A DNA stretch of 64,000 bases from Verrucomicrobiota bacterium (GTDB lineage: Bacteria > Verrucomicrobiota > Verrucomicrobiia > Limisphaerales > UBA11358). The position numbers were made by a program, and so were the translations under genes. The stretch spans positions 7,690 through 71,689 of the forward strand of contig JBEKKZ010000012.1 in the NCBI GenBank assembly GCA_050010435.1. Direction: 5' to 3'. Below, piece by piece: positions 17,701-27,973 of this stretch; position 1 is the stretch's first letter, and every line of letters starts with the position of its first letter. Under the pieces are notes generated by a model. The model searched no databases. It saw nothing but the letters and a program-made list of their open reading frames with translations, and was not told the origin of the DNA.

Positions 17701-19583
17701 ATGCGACCTTTGCCGTCACCGCCATCGGGACGGTGCCGTTGAAGTACCAATGGTGGGACGGGACGAACCTGGTGAGGAATGGAACCGTTACCAATGGCCC
17801 GACCATCAGTGGCGCGACCACCAATGTGCTGACCATCAGCAATGCGCAGACGACCAACAGCGGCAACTACACGGTCATCGTTACGAACAGTGCCGGATCG
17901 GTGACCAGTTCCAATGCCGTCCTGCTGGTGACGAATATCCCGCCGGCGATCACAGTGCAGCCGACAAGCCAAACAAACGGGGTGGGCACGACTGTGACCC
18001 TGGCTGTCACCGCGACCGGGACGCCGCCGTTGAGTTATCAATGGTGGGACGGGACGGACTTGGTGAAGAATGGGGGCCAGATCAGTGGCGCAACCAGCAA
18101 TGTGCTGACCATCAGCAACGTGCAACTGACCAACAGCGGAAACTACGCGGTTATCGTCACCAATTTTGGGGGTTCGATAACCAGTTCCGTTGCCGCCCTG
18201 ACGGTGCAATCGACGCCGGTGATTGTATTGCAACCAACGAACCAGGCGATTGCGGTGGGATCGAATGCGACCTTTGTAGTTACTGCCATCGGGACGGTGC
18301 CGTTGAAGTACCAATGGTGGGACGGGACGAACCTGGTGAAGAATGGAACCGTTACCAATGGCCCGACCATCAGTGGCGCGACCACCAATGTGTTGACCAT
18401 CAGCAATGCGCAGACGACCAACAGCGGCAACTACACGGTCATCGTCACGAACAGTGCCGGATCGGTGACCAGTTCCAATGCGGTCCTGACGGTGACGAAT
18501 ATCCCGCCGGCGATCACAGTGCAGCCGACGAACCAGACGGTGGTGGTGGGATCGAATGTGAAAATTGCGGTCACCGCGACCGGGACGGCGCCGTTACGTT
18601 ACCAGTGGTGGGACGGGACGAACTTGGTGAAGAATGAAACCGTTACCAATGGCCCGACCATCAGTGGCGCGGCCACCAGAGTGTTGAGCATCAACAATGC
18701 GCAGACGAACAACAGCGGCGCTTACACGGTCATCGTCACCAATTTTGGGGGCTCGGTGACCAGTTCCGTGGCCGTCCTGACGGTGGCATCGTCGCCGGTG
18801 ATCACAATGCAACCCACGAACCAGGCGATGGCGGTGGGAGCGACTGCGACCTTTGCCGTCACCGCAGTCGGGATACCGCCGTTGCGTTACCAATGGCAGG
18901 TGAACGGGACGAACCTGGTAAACGGAGGCGGCATCAGTAACGCGACCACCAGAGTGCTGACCATCAGCAATGTGCAGACGAACAACAGCGCCACCAACTA
19001 CACGGTCACTGTCACGAACAGTGCCGGATCGGTGACCAGTTCCAATGCCGTCCTGACGGTGACGAACATCCCGCCGGCGATCACAGTGCAACCGGCAAGC
19101 CAGACGGTGGGGGTGGGTTCGAATGTAATCTTTGCTGTCACCGCGACCGGGACGCCGCCGTTGAGTTACCAATGGCAGGTGAACGAGACGAACATCCTGG
19201 TGGATGGAGGCCAAATCAATGGCGCGATCAGCAATGTGTTGACCATCAGCAATGTGCAGTTGACCAACAACGGAAACTACACGGTCACTGTCACGAACCT
19301 TGCCGGGTCGGTGACCAGTTCCAATGCCGTCCTGACGGTGATTGTGCCGTCGCCGGGTTTCGGGAACATCATTGCCGCGGGTGGTGACAGTTTTATATTG
19401 AGCGGCACGGGCGGCGTGAGGAACGGCACCTATTACGTGCTGATTTCGTCCAATCTTCTGACGCCGCTGGACCAGTGGACGTACATTGCGACCAATCAAT
19501 TTGACGGCCAGGGCGGTTTCATTTTTACAAACACGACGCAAACCAACGCGCCGCAACTATTCTATTTGCTGCAACTGCCCTGA
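14787..19583 (+). CDS. Giant secreted protein (1598 aa): N-terminal conserved domain, SBBP beta-propeller repeats, 8 Ig-like domains, short C-terminal domain
   Basis: Start set at the ATG at 14787 (MIRFAKIILLAGLGGLAPGLLTLSAPAAQ), 1 nt after the bamA stop; the track ORF reads through from inside bamA. It has many YSTYLGGS..D.G.GIAVD..GNAYVTG.T.S.NFPT repeats. It also has eight ~95-aa PPLSYQW..NG...SGAT.NVLTISNVQ..NSGNYTV.VTN..GSVTSS.A.LTV units. Confidence 0.85.
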   Translation: MIRFAKIILLAGLGGLAPGLLTLSAPAAQPVAGPANLPLYFEANQGQANVPAPFIARGHNYQFLISPTEAQIVLRKATVESVTVRMQFVGANAQAQIRGDAELPGKINYLTGNGPAQWHTGVATFAKVRVGELYPGINLVYYGNQQQLEYDFDIAPGTDPDVIAIHFDGTDKISINPQGELILGLAGGEIRQPKPVIYQTIGGTRKEIAGGYRLVDTYTVAFTIGQYDRSQPLVIDPLLSYSTYFGGSAGDTAWAVALDTNGNVYIAGQTFSKQFSTNESFSTPGAFQTNFAGGKLTGDAFVFKLDAASGYPAYITYLGGSADDGAFGVAVDSAGNAYVTGFTDSTNFPTTTNALYKKISGILDTSFGYYPIDAFVTELDSSGSNLVYSTYLGGSSMDCGMGIAVDATGNAYVTGFTYSSNFPTVNALQSKLACTNSFYFNANAFIAIIGPGGTNLIYSTYFGGTNFDEGKGIAVDTNGFVYVTGFTASTNFPTTNAVYQKMVRTNIVVNGLISITNTITNIWNGYLLNGSTNKTSSDDAFVAKFDFTGTNLNLIYSTFLGGTNNDVANGIAVDNNGAAYVTGWTVSTNFPNTVGTNMVGLHSFVATNTSLRVLATNVFLTKIITNGTQAVIAWSAMFGGKGADIGYGVAVDPAGSNVFVTGSTSSTNFPTANVPGYLHATNSGKSDAFVIAFDTTGSNLLYSTYLGGKENDFGYGIAVDANDNAYVVGQTLSTNFPTLYADYPSRNGTNDAFLTTIMLTVPMPTITTQPASQTNAVGSTVTFYIEGTAYSPYFLQWQKNGTNLVNGTNLVDGGSIISGATNVTLTISNAQTNNDGNYSVILTNYGGSVTSSNAFLLVTNVPPEIGIQPASQTNGVGTTVTLAVIVTNGTAPLSYQWWVDGTNLVKNGGHFSGATSNVLTISNVQLTNNGSYTVIVTNIAGSVTSSSAILTVLSSPVIFVQPTNQAIAVGSNATFAVTAIGTVPLKYQWWDGTNLVRNGTVTNGPTISGATTNVLTISNAQTTNSGNYTVIVTNSAGSVTSSNAVLLVTNIPPAITVQPTSQTNGVGTTVTLAVTATGTPPLSYQWWDGTDLVKNGGQISGATSNVLTISNVQLTNSGNYAVIVTNFGGSITSSVAALTVQSTPVIVLQPTNQAIAVGSNATFVVTAIGTVPLKYQWWDGTNLVKNGTVTNGPTISGATTNVLTISNAQTTNSGNYTVIVTNSAGSVTSSNAVLTVTNIPPAITVQPTNQTVVVGSNVKIAVTATGTAPLRYQWWDGTNLVKNETVTNGPTISGAATRVLSINNAQTNNSGAYTVIVTNFGGSVTSSVAVLTVASSPVITMQPTNQAMAVGATATFAVTAVGIPPLRYQWQVNGTNLVNGGGISNATTRVLTISNVQTNNSATNYTVTVTNSAGSVTSSNAVLTVTNIPPAITVQPASQTVGVGSNVIFAVTATGTPPLSYQWQVNETNILVDGGQINGAISNVLTISNVQLTNNGNYTVTVTNLAGSVTSSNAVLTVIVPSPGFGNIIAAGGDSFILSGTGGVRNGTYYVLISSNLLTPLDQWTYIATNQFDGQGGFIFTNTTQTNAPQLFYLLQLP
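17073..19350. repeat. Tandem array of 8 Ig-like domain coding units (~282-288 bp each), with a near-identical 564-bp two-domain duplication
   Basis: The antisense track ORFs 17579..17866 and 18143..18430 are almost identical at an offset of 564 bp. Protein units 3 and 5 differ at only a few residues. Confidence 0.85.
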
Positions 19584-19654
19584 CTCCGCCGGCGCCAGTT
19601 TTAACCCGCCAGTTTTCAGTTGGCGTCATCCGTGAAATTTGCTTTTATATTGCC

Positions 19655-20305
19655 ATGAAATTATTACGCACAACAATTTTGACCATTTCGTTGCTGGCTT
19701 TCTTGAGCGTTCCCGCGCTGGCGCAAACCAAAATCGGCACCGTGGACTTGCGCAAGCTGTTCGACGGCTATTGGAAAACCAGGCAGGCGCAGATCGCGCT
19801 CAACGATCGCAAGGCGCAACTCGACAATGACGATAAAAGCATGCGTGACGATTTGAAGAAGGGCGGTGACGAATATCAGAAGCTTTTGGCACAGGCGAAC
19901 GACCAGGCGCTCTCCGCCGACCAACGTGACAAACGCAAACAGGCCGCCGCTGACAAACTGAAGCAGTTGCAGGATTCCAAGACCGCCATTGATCAATTTG
20001 AGCGTCAGGCGCAGATCACACTGTCCGAGCAAGGCCAGCGAATGCGCGACAACATTCTCAGCGAAATCAAAGCTGCCGTGACCGCCCAGGCCAAGGTCGC
20101 CGGCTGCTCACTGGTCATAGATGCCGCGGCGGAAACCGCCAATGCCACGACCGCGGTGGTCTACAGCAACGGCGAAAACGATTTGACCGACGCCGTTCTC
20201 AAACGACTCAACGCCGGGCGCACCGATAGCACCACCCCCGCTCCGGTTGTGACCTCACCGTCGTCGTTGTTGGGCACCAACACGCCGGGCATCAACTTGC
20301 GCTGA
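19655..20305 (+). CDS. skp: OmpH/Skp family periplasmic chaperone
   Basis: Signal peptide [23 protein letters not shown]. Then [11 protein letters not shown] and a long coiled-coil Q/K/D-rich body. Located in the bamA neighbourhood. Confidence 0.8.
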   Translation: MKLLRTTILTISLLAFLSVPALAQTKIGTVDLRKLFDGYWKTRQAQIALNDRKAQLDNDDKSMRDDLKKGGDEYQKLLAQANDQALSADQRDKRKQAAADKLKQLQDSKTAIDQFERQAQITLSEQGQRMRDNILSEIKAAVTAQAKVAGCSLVIDAAAETANATTAVVYSNGENDLTDAVLKRLNAGRTDSTTPAPVVTSPSSLLGTNTPGINLR

Positions 20306-21473
20306 GCCGCGGCACCGGTTTCTCAAAAAGCATCCGGTGCGATTCCTCCAAAATTCCGGGAATCCGGTTTGCGAACGGACTGCTCCGCAGCACGGCCTGC
20401 AGGTCCAGTTCGCGGACCTTGGCCGCGTTTTCGCCGGGAAACCAGTGCTCGGCCTGTCCGAGTAAATTGTAACGCATCTTGCCCCACGCCACGAGGTCGA
20501 GCGACTTCGCATAAGTCCACAGCCGCATGATTTCCGACACGTTGACCCGCCCCGGCACGTCCACGTAATTCGGCAAACCCTCGAACCACCGCGCGCACCA
20601 ATCCGCGCCCAGCACGCGTTCCATTTCCGCGCGCAGCCGCTTTTCGACCGGCGCAATCGTCTCCGGAATTTTGTCGTAAAATTTCAGCGCGGCGACGTGC
20701 TCGTCAAAATCCCCGGGCTTGTTGGCGCCGCAACTAAGCGTGTGGACTTCCTTTCGCCCGAGGCAATAAAGGTCGTTGAAGGCCATCGGCGACAGCGGCG
20801 CGCAGAGTTCCACCATTTTTGGCGGCGGCTCGTAAAGTTTCCCGCCCTTGTCGTTCGGGCTGATGATGAAGACGCCCAGGTCGAGCCGGTGCGCGGCTTC
20901 AATCGCGGCCCGGTTCAGGTCGTTCACGAAATACCAGTGGACGTTCAAGTAATCGAACTCGCCGGTGTTCACCGCTTCGAGAATGATGTCGGTCGTCGCG
21001 TGCGTGGAAAAACCGACGAACCGCGTGCGGCCCTCCTTCTGCAACCGGCGCGCGGCGGCGAGGCAGCCGTTTTTCTTCAGCGACCAGTCCAGAAGTTCGC
21101 GGTTGTTGATGCCGTGCAACGCCAGCAAATCCACGCGGTCGAGCTTCAGATATTTCATCGAAGTCTCGAAGGTCCGGAGAAATTCCTCCGGCGTGGCCCG
21201 GGGCGTGACCTTGGTCTGGACGATGATTTTGTCGCGGGGCAGTTCTGGCAGCACGTTGCCCAGTTGCATTTCGGAAGTGCCGTAGCCGCGCGCGGTTTCG
21301 ATGTGATTGATGCCGAGTTCCAGGGCGCGATGGATGGTGGCTTCGAGATTCTTCTGGTTTTTGCGCGGGATTTCCTTCGGGTCCACGTCCTGCCACTTGA
21401 ATTGATAACGCATCCCGCCGCAGGAAATCACCGGCATCACCAGCTCCGTCCGGCCAAAACGACGATATTTCAT
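20292..21473 (-). CDS. Aldo/keto reductase family oxidoreductase
   Basis: [21 protein letters not shown]...[12 protein letters not shown]...DLLALHGIN. Start set at the ATG at 21473. The 797-aa track ORF is a read-through antisense to prs. Confidence 0.85.
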   Translation of the reverse strand: MKYRRFGRTELVMPVISCGGMRYQFKWQDVDPKEIPRKNQKNLEATIHRALELGINHIETARGYGTSEMQLGNVLPELPRDKIIVQTKVTPRATPEEFLRTFETSMKYLKLDRVDLLALHGINNRELLDWSLKKNGCLAAARRLQKEGRTRFVGFSTHATTDIILEAVNTGEFDYLNVHWYFVNDLNRAAIEAAHRLDLGVFIISPNDKGGKLYEPPPKMVELCAPLSPMAFNDLYCLGRKEVHTLSCGANKPGDFDEHVAALKFYDKIPETIAPVEKRLRAEMERVLGADWCARWFEGLPNYVDVPGRVNVSEIMRLWTYAKSLDLVAWGKMRYNLLGQAEHWFPGENAAKVRELDLQAVLRSSPFANRIPGILEESHRMLFEKPVPRLSAS

Positions 21474-21558
21474 TGGAGCGACAATAAGTGACGCGCCCGC
21501 CAATGGCAAGCGGTCGGACGCCCGCTGCCAATAATGGGCGCACCTCGACACCACCACC

Positions 21559-21625
21559 GGAACGCCGGATTTATCCGGCAGCAACACGCGCCGGTTGCAC
21601 ACCTGCCGGATGAATCCGGCGTTCC
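21559..21625. repeat. Palindromic REP (GGAACGCCGGATTTATCCGGCAG / CTGCCGGATGAATCCGGCGTTCC)
   Basis: 23-bp arms with one mismatch, in the AKR/prs divergent intergenic region. Confidence 0.8.
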
Positions 21626-21788
21626 ACGCGGACGCGGCATCGTGCATTGGTGGTAGTGTCCGGCTGCGGCCGCTAATAATTCCCAATTTCCACTTGCGTC
21701 GGGTTCGTTCATTGCTACAGTCGTTTTGCAATTTCATCCGCCGACAGCGGCGGTTTTTCCGTTTCAACCAGAACGACCATTTTAACTC

Positions 21789-22739
<951 letters not shown>

Positions 22740-22766
22740 TGCGCCGCAGTAAAAGATGATTTAACG

Positions 22767-23639
22767 ATGAAATCAGTGCCGTTGAAAGCGTATCCCCGGA
22801 CGCAGTCGCGTCGGGGTGGAGCCAGGAAGTTGCGCGCCGCCGGGCGCGTGCCCGCCGTCATTTATGGCCGGCAGGCCAAACCGCAAAACCTCGAGGTCAG
22901 CGCCAAGGAAATCGGCGACCTCATTCACCATTCCGTTTCCGAAAATTTGCTGGTGGATTTGTCCGTCGAAAGCGACGCCCGCGCCCGGCGCCTCGCGCTG
23001 GTGCAGGAAATCCAGCACCATCCGCTGGAAGGCAACGTGCTGCACGTGGATTTCCATGAAGTGACTGAAGACGAAAAAGTGGTCATCCTGGTGCCGCTGG
23101 AAACCGTCGGCGAAGCGGCTGGCGTGAAAAACAGTGGCGGCGTGCTCGAGCACGTGGTCTTCAAATTGAAAGTGCGCGCCCTGCCCAGGGATTTGCCCGA
23201 GCAGATGGTCGTGGACGTGAGCCATCTCGAACTCGGCAAGTCAATCCACCTCGGCGAAATCAAAGCGCCCGCGGGTGTCGAGATCCTCGGCGACAAGAAC
23301 ATTTCCGTCATCTCCGTCGCCATGCCGCGCACGGAAGAGGAAGAAGCGGCTGCGGTTGCGGAGGGCGAGGCGGTGGCCGCCGGCGACGTCGAAATGATCA
23401 AAGAGAAGAAAGAAGAAGGCGAAGAGGGTGCTGCGCCGGCCAGGGGCGAAAAAGGCGCTGTCAAGCCCGGCGAAAAAGTGCCGGCCAAGCCCGGCGAAAA
23501 AGTGCCGTTCAAGCCCGGTGAAAAAGGCGCTGGGGCCAAGCCCGGCGAAAAGGCGCCGGCCAAGGGTGCTGCCGCCGTGGCTCCGGAGAAGGGTGCCGCC
23601 AAGCCCGGCGAGAAAGCGCCGGCGGAGAAAAAGAAATAA
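22767..23639 (+). CDS. rplY: 50S ribosomal protein L25 / general stress protein Ctc with long KPGEK-repeat tail
   Basis: RTQSRRGGARKLRAAGRVPAVIYG... is the L25 N-domain. The C-terminal ~90 aa carry KPGEKVPAKPGEKVPFKPGEKGAGAKPGEKAPAK...KPGEKAPAEKKK. Confidence 0.9.
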   Translation: MKSVPLKAYPRTQSRRGGARKLRAAGRVPAVIYGRQAKPQNLEVSAKEIGDLIHHSVSENLLVDLSVESDARARRLALVQEIQHHPLEGNVLHVDFHEVTEDEKVVILVPLETVGEAAGVKNSGGVLEHVVFKLKVRALPRDLPEQMVVDVSHLELGKSIHLGEIKAPAGVEILGDKNISVISVAMPRTEEEEAAAVAEGEAVAAGDVEMIKEKKEEGEEGAAPARGEKGAVKPGEKVPAKPGEKVPFKPGEKGAGAKPGEKAPAKGAAAVAPEKGAAKPGEKAPAEKKK

Positions 23640-23681
23640 TTTTGCCGGCGGTCCGCGAGGGTCGCCGCGCCCGCGCCGCGC

Positions 23682-24286
23682 ATGGAGAATTTGCATCTCA
23701 TCGTGGGTTTGGGCAATCCCGGCGCGGAATACGCGCAGACGCGCCACAACGCCGGTTTCACGCTGGTCGAAAAACTGGCGGTGCGCTGGAACGCAGGCTG
23801 GACGAACGAACGCAGGTTCAATGCCCGGGTCGCGCGGGCCGAACGCAACGGCGTCCGCGTTTTGCTCTGCCAGGCGCAGACGTTCATGAATTTGAGCGGC
23901 GAAGCGGTCGGTGCATTGAAGAATTTTTACCAGCTCCAACCACAGTCGGAGCTGCTGGTGGCGATGGACGATGCGGATTTGCCGTTGGGCGAGATTCGCC
24001 TGCGGGCGGGCGGTGGCAGCGGCGGCCATCACGGACTGGAGTCCATCGAGCAGCATTTGGGCACGAATGATTTTGCGCGGTTGCGGCTCGGCATTGGCCG
24101 GGCGGAAGGCGCGCGGGAAATCACGGATCATGTGCTCGGACGGTTTGATGCGGGCGAGGCCGCGTTGATGGAAAAAGTTTTGGGCCGTGCCGCCGACCAG
24201 GTGGAATGCTGGTTGGATGCCGGCATTGAAAAAGCAATGAACCAGTTTAACGGAGTCGTGGACTCCGCGAACGAAGAAAAAAAACA

Positions 24287-24290
<4 letters not shown>
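23682..24290 (+). CDS. pth: Peptidyl-tRNA hydrolase
   Basis: LIVGLGNPGAEYAQTRHNAGF...QTFMNLSG...GGHHGL. Confidence 0.95.
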
Positions 24291-24628
<338 letters not shown>

Positions 24629-25090
24629 ATGGCCAACTTCAACAAAGTCATCCTCGCCGGCAATTTGACCCGTGATCCCGAGTTGCGCTACACGCCCAAG
24701 GGCACGGCGGTCGCCCGCATCACCCTGGCCGTCAACCGCACCTGGAAAAGCGAGAGCGGCGAAAACAAGGAAGAGGTCAGTTTCGTGGACGTGGACGTTT
24801 GGGGACGCCAGGCGGAAGTCATTTCCCAATACATGAAAAAAGGCCGGCCACTGCTCGTCGAAGGCCGGCTCAAACAGGACACGTGGGAAGACAAAAACAC
24901 GAAACAAAAACAGAGCAAATTGAAGGTTGTGCTCGAAAGCTTTTCGTTCATTGACTCGAATCGCGGCGACAGCGGCGGCGGCGGTTCTTCCGAAGCTCCG
25001 CGTTCGCGTCCGGCGGCAACTTCCCCGGCGGCCGCGCCCGAAGGCGGCGAAGCCGACGCTCCCCCGGAAGGAGACGACGTTCCCTTTTGA
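24629..25090 (+). CDS. ssb: Single-stranded DNA-binding protein
   Basis: MANFNKVILAGNLTRDPELRYTPKGTAVA... is an OB fold. Gly-rich linker, acidic tail ending DDVPF. Confidence 0.95.
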   Translation: MANFNKVILAGNLTRDPELRYTPKGTAVARITLAVNRTWKSESGENKEEVSFVDVDVWGRQAEVISQYMKKGRPLLVEGRLKQDTWEDKNTKQKQSKLKVVLESFSFIDSNRGDSGGGGSSEAPRSRPAATSPAAAPEGGEADAPPEGDDVPF

Positions 25091-25150
25091 ACGAAACGCG
25101 AGGGGAATTTTCTCTCAACCCTCAACTCTTAACATTCAACCAATTTTCGT

Positions 25151-25894
25151 ATGCCCAAGACTGAAGTCATTCTCACGCACAACATCGTCGGCCTCGGCGC
25201 CGAATCCGACCAGGTGAAGGTCGCCGCCGGTTACGCGCGCAACTATCTTTTCCCGCAATGCCTGGCCATCCCGATGACCATGGCCAACAAACGCCAGATC
25301 GAGGTCTTGCGCCAGCGCCGCGCCGAACGTGAAGCGCACGAGTTCAACACCATGACCGAACTCGCCAAGGGCGTCGCCAAACTCATCTGCATCATCAAGG
25401 TCAAGGCGGGCGAGGACGGCAAGATGTTCGGCTCGGTGACCGCCGGCGTGATTGCCGACGAATTGAAACACCAGTTCGACATCTCGCTCGACAAACGGAA
25501 GATCCACCTCGAACACCCGATTCGCGCGCTGGGCGACCACGAAGTGGAATTGCACCTGCACGCCGAAGTCAAAAGCACGCTCAAGGTCCGTGTCGAAAGC
25601 CTCACGCCTGTGGTTGTGCCGGTGCCTGCGGAACCGAAAAAAGAAGAGAGCAGGGAACCCAGACGTGAAAAACGCAGTCACGGCCGACGGGACGCCGAAG
25701 GCGAAAAGGCCGAAAAACCCGAAGCTGCCGAAGCCAGACCCAAAGGCGAGAAGCATGGCGAGAAGCACGCCCGGGTCGAAAAACCTGAAGCCGCTGAAAC
25801 CAAACCCAAAGGCGAGAAACACGTAAAGTCTGAAAAAGCTGAAAAGGCGCCCAAAGCGCCGAAGGCCGAAAAGAAGGAAAAGAAAACCGAGTAG
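25151..25894 (+). CDS. rplI: 50S ribosomal protein L9 with ~95-aa K/E-rich repeat tail
   Basis: MPKTEVILTHNIVGLGAESDQVKVAAGYARNYLFP.... The tail has EKPEAAEARPKGEKH / EKPEAAETKPKGEKH repeats. Confidence 0.9.
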   Translation: MPKTEVILTHNIVGLGAESDQVKVAAGYARNYLFPQCLAIPMTMANKRQIEVLRQRRAEREAHEFNTMTELAKGVAKLICIIKVKAGEDGKMFGSVTAGVIADELKHQFDISLDKRKIHLEHPIRALGDHEVELHLHAEVKSTLKVRVESLTPVVVPVPAEPKKEESREPRREKRSHGRRDAEGEKAEKPEAAEARPKGEKHGEKHARVEKPEAAETKPKGEKHVKSEKAEKAPKAPKAEKKEKKTE

Positions 25895-25924
25895 GCCGGC
25901 AACGAATCAATTTGTTTTCACCGG

Positions 25925-25950
25925 GCCGCGGAACTTCTCCGCGGCTTTTT
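25925..25950 (+). terminator. Rho-independent terminator after rplI
   Basis: GCCGCGGA-acttc-TCCGCGGC is a perfect 8-bp stem, followed by TTTTT. Confidence 0.75.
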
Positions 25951-26016
25951 GTCACATAAAATCCTTTGACCGCGCTGTGCGGGTCTGTTTTCCTGTCGGG
26001 CTACCGAAGGATTTTC

Positions 26017-27459
26017 ATGGACTTGCTTTTGGTCGGCATTTGTCTGGCGGTGATCATCGGGTTGTATTTTCGCAACAACCCGATGGGCCACAGCCGGTGG
26101 TTCATGATGCGCCGCTTCATCAACTGGTTTCCCCTCGGCATGACCTACGCGTTCCTTTACATGGGACGCTACAACCTCAATGTCTCCAAAAACGCGCTCG
26201 GCGATTTGATGTCGAAGGAGGACCTCGGGCTGATCTTCGCCGCCGGCACGGTCACTTATGCGCTGTCATTCCTTGTCAACGGCCCGCTCGTGGACAAAAT
26301 CGGCGGCAAACGCGGCATCATCATTGCCGCCCTGGGCGCGTCGGCGGCGAACGTCCTGCTCGGGGTGCTGACCTGGCTGCTCGTGATGGGGAAATTGAAA
26401 GTCAACATGGTCGTCGCCTTTTCGTTTCTCTACTCGGTAAACATGTATTTCCAGAGCTACGGCGCGGTTTCCATCATCAAAGTCAAGGCCTACTGGTTCC
26501 ACGTGCGCGAACGCGGCGTGTTCGGCGCGATTTTTGGAACGCTCATTTCCATCGGCGTCTATTTCGCGTTCGACTGGGGGCAGGCGATTGTCAATATGAC
26601 CAAAGCCGGCGCCACCGGCGGCTGGCTGCACGATTTGCTGAAGGCAATTTTTGCCTCCACCACAAAACCGGTGGATGCGACATGGGCGGTGTTTTTCATT
26701 CCGTCGGCAATTTTGATTGTCTGGGTGCTGATTGACTGGTGGCTCATCAAGGACACGCCGGAAGAGGCGGATTTTCCATACTTTGACACGCACGACGCCT
26801 CGTCCGGCCAGATGCACATCGAACTGACGACGCTCGACCTGCTCAAAAAAGTTTTTGCCAGTCCATTGATGCTGCTGATTGCAGCCATCGGGCTGACTTC
26901 GGGCGTGTTCCGCAATGGCATCACGCAATGGTATTTCGTTTTCGCCGCCGAGGTGAAACAGCCGGGCGCGGAATTTTTCCTGCAACATTGGGGCCTGCTG
27001 CTGTGCATCTTTGGCATCATCGGCGGGTTCGCCGGCGGCATGGCATCCGACTGGTGGTTCCAATCGCGGCGCGGTCCCCCCACGGCGCTCCTGTGCGGCT
27101 TCATCCTGATCATGGCGCTGGTGATGGCCGTGTTTTTGTTTTCCTCGCCGTTCATTCTTGGCTGTGCGTCGGTGCTCATCGTGATGGCGGCGGTGGGCAT
27201 CACGTCGCTCATGGCCGGCACGGCGGCGACGGATTTCGGCGGGCGCAAGGCCGCGGCGACGTGCTCCGGCATCGTGGATGGTTGCACCTACCTCGGCAGC
27301 GGCATCCAGTCGTTCAGCCTCGGTTACCTGACGACGTGGAACTGGCATTACTGGCCGTATTTTCTGATGCCGTTCGCGCTGGTCGGGATGGTAATTGCCA
27401 TAAAAATCTGGCACGACCTGCCCGTGGCCACCCGGAAATACCTCGCCGAGATCGGGTAA
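26017..27459 (+). CDS. MFS transporter, organophosphate:Pi antiporter (OPA/GlpT-UhpC-like) type
   Basis: MDLLLVGICLAVI...YMGRYNLNVSKNALG...VNGPLVDKIGGKRG; about 12 TM segments. Start set at the ATG at 26017. Confidence 0.75.
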   Translation: MDLLLVGICLAVIIGLYFRNNPMGHSRWFMMRRFINWFPLGMTYAFLYMGRYNLNVSKNALGDLMSKEDLGLIFAAGTVTYALSFLVNGPLVDKIGGKRGIIIAALGASAANVLLGVLTWLLVMGKLKVNMVVAFSFLYSVNMYFQSYGAVSIIKVKAYWFHVRERGVFGAIFGTLISIGVYFAFDWGQAIVNMTKAGATGGWLHDLLKAIFASTTKPVDATWAVFFIPSAILIVWVLIDWWLIKDTPEEADFPYFDTHDASSGQMHIELTTLDLLKKVFASPLMLLIAAIGLTSGVFRNGITQWYFVFAAEVKQPGAEFFLQHWGLLLCIFGIIGGFAGGMASDWWFQSRRGPPTALLCGFILIMALVMAVFLFSSPFILGCASVLIVMAAVGITSLMAGTAATDFGGRKAAATCSGIVDGCTYLGSGIQSFSLGYLTTWNWHYWPYFLMPFALVGMVIAIKIWHDLPVATRKYLAEIG

Positions 27460-27469
27460 AAGCAGAAGA

Positions 27470-27868
27470 CCGGTTTGAACCCGAACTCCGAAGTTGAATT
27501 TCTGCGTTAGCGGAGTGCGGCCGTCCCGGTCGCAGCCAAGTGGGATGGGCGGACGGTTGGGAAATGTTCCATGGCTTGAACGAAGGCAGTTGCTGCGCCC
27601 GGGGACGGGCGCACTCCGACAGGGCCTGGTCCACCCCGCCACCAGCGGCAACTTCGGAATTCAACTTGTTCGGTTTGAACCCGGAACCGATCCGACCGGG
27701 TGAAGGGGGGCCGGCCATATCCTCCGGGTAGTGGGTCAAATTCACAGCGACTGGTGGGGCGAGACTCCCGGCGAGCCGAAATAGGACATATTTCATTCAG
27801 TTTCCGGCTCGCGCCTTCGCGGCGACAAAGCCGCTACGGCGGCGCAGGCGCGAGTACGCTCGCCCCAC
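27470..27868. repeat. Cluster of several nested/inverted REP elements
   Basis: CGGAGTGCGGCCGTCCCGG (27511-27529) pairs with CCGGGGACGGGCGCACTCCG (27599-27618). CGGTTTGAACCC direct repeats lie at ~27470 and ~27672. GGTGGGGCGAG (~27753) pairs with CTCGCCCCACC (~27857), and GGTGGGGCGAG recurs at ~31527. Confidence 0.7.
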
Positions 27869-27973
27869 CAAACCAACCCACTACCATCCGCCGCTGTTTC
27901 TTGACCGAAACCTTTGATTTTGCTTTGTTGTATCCGGCTTTGAGCCGGTCAAATCCGCTTCCGGAGCCTGATC

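Noticed and set aside
20292-20305. 14-bp convergent overlap of the skp and aldo/keto reductase 3' ends
   Set aside because: It is real in the sequence but is an ordinary feature of compact genomes. No hairpin or regulatory structure is evident.
27470-27690. GGTTTGAACCC motifs resembling a tRNA T-arm
   Set aside because: No acceptor, D or anticodon stems can be built around them. They are direct repeats within a REP cluster. I found no tRNA-like cloverleaf in any intergenic region.
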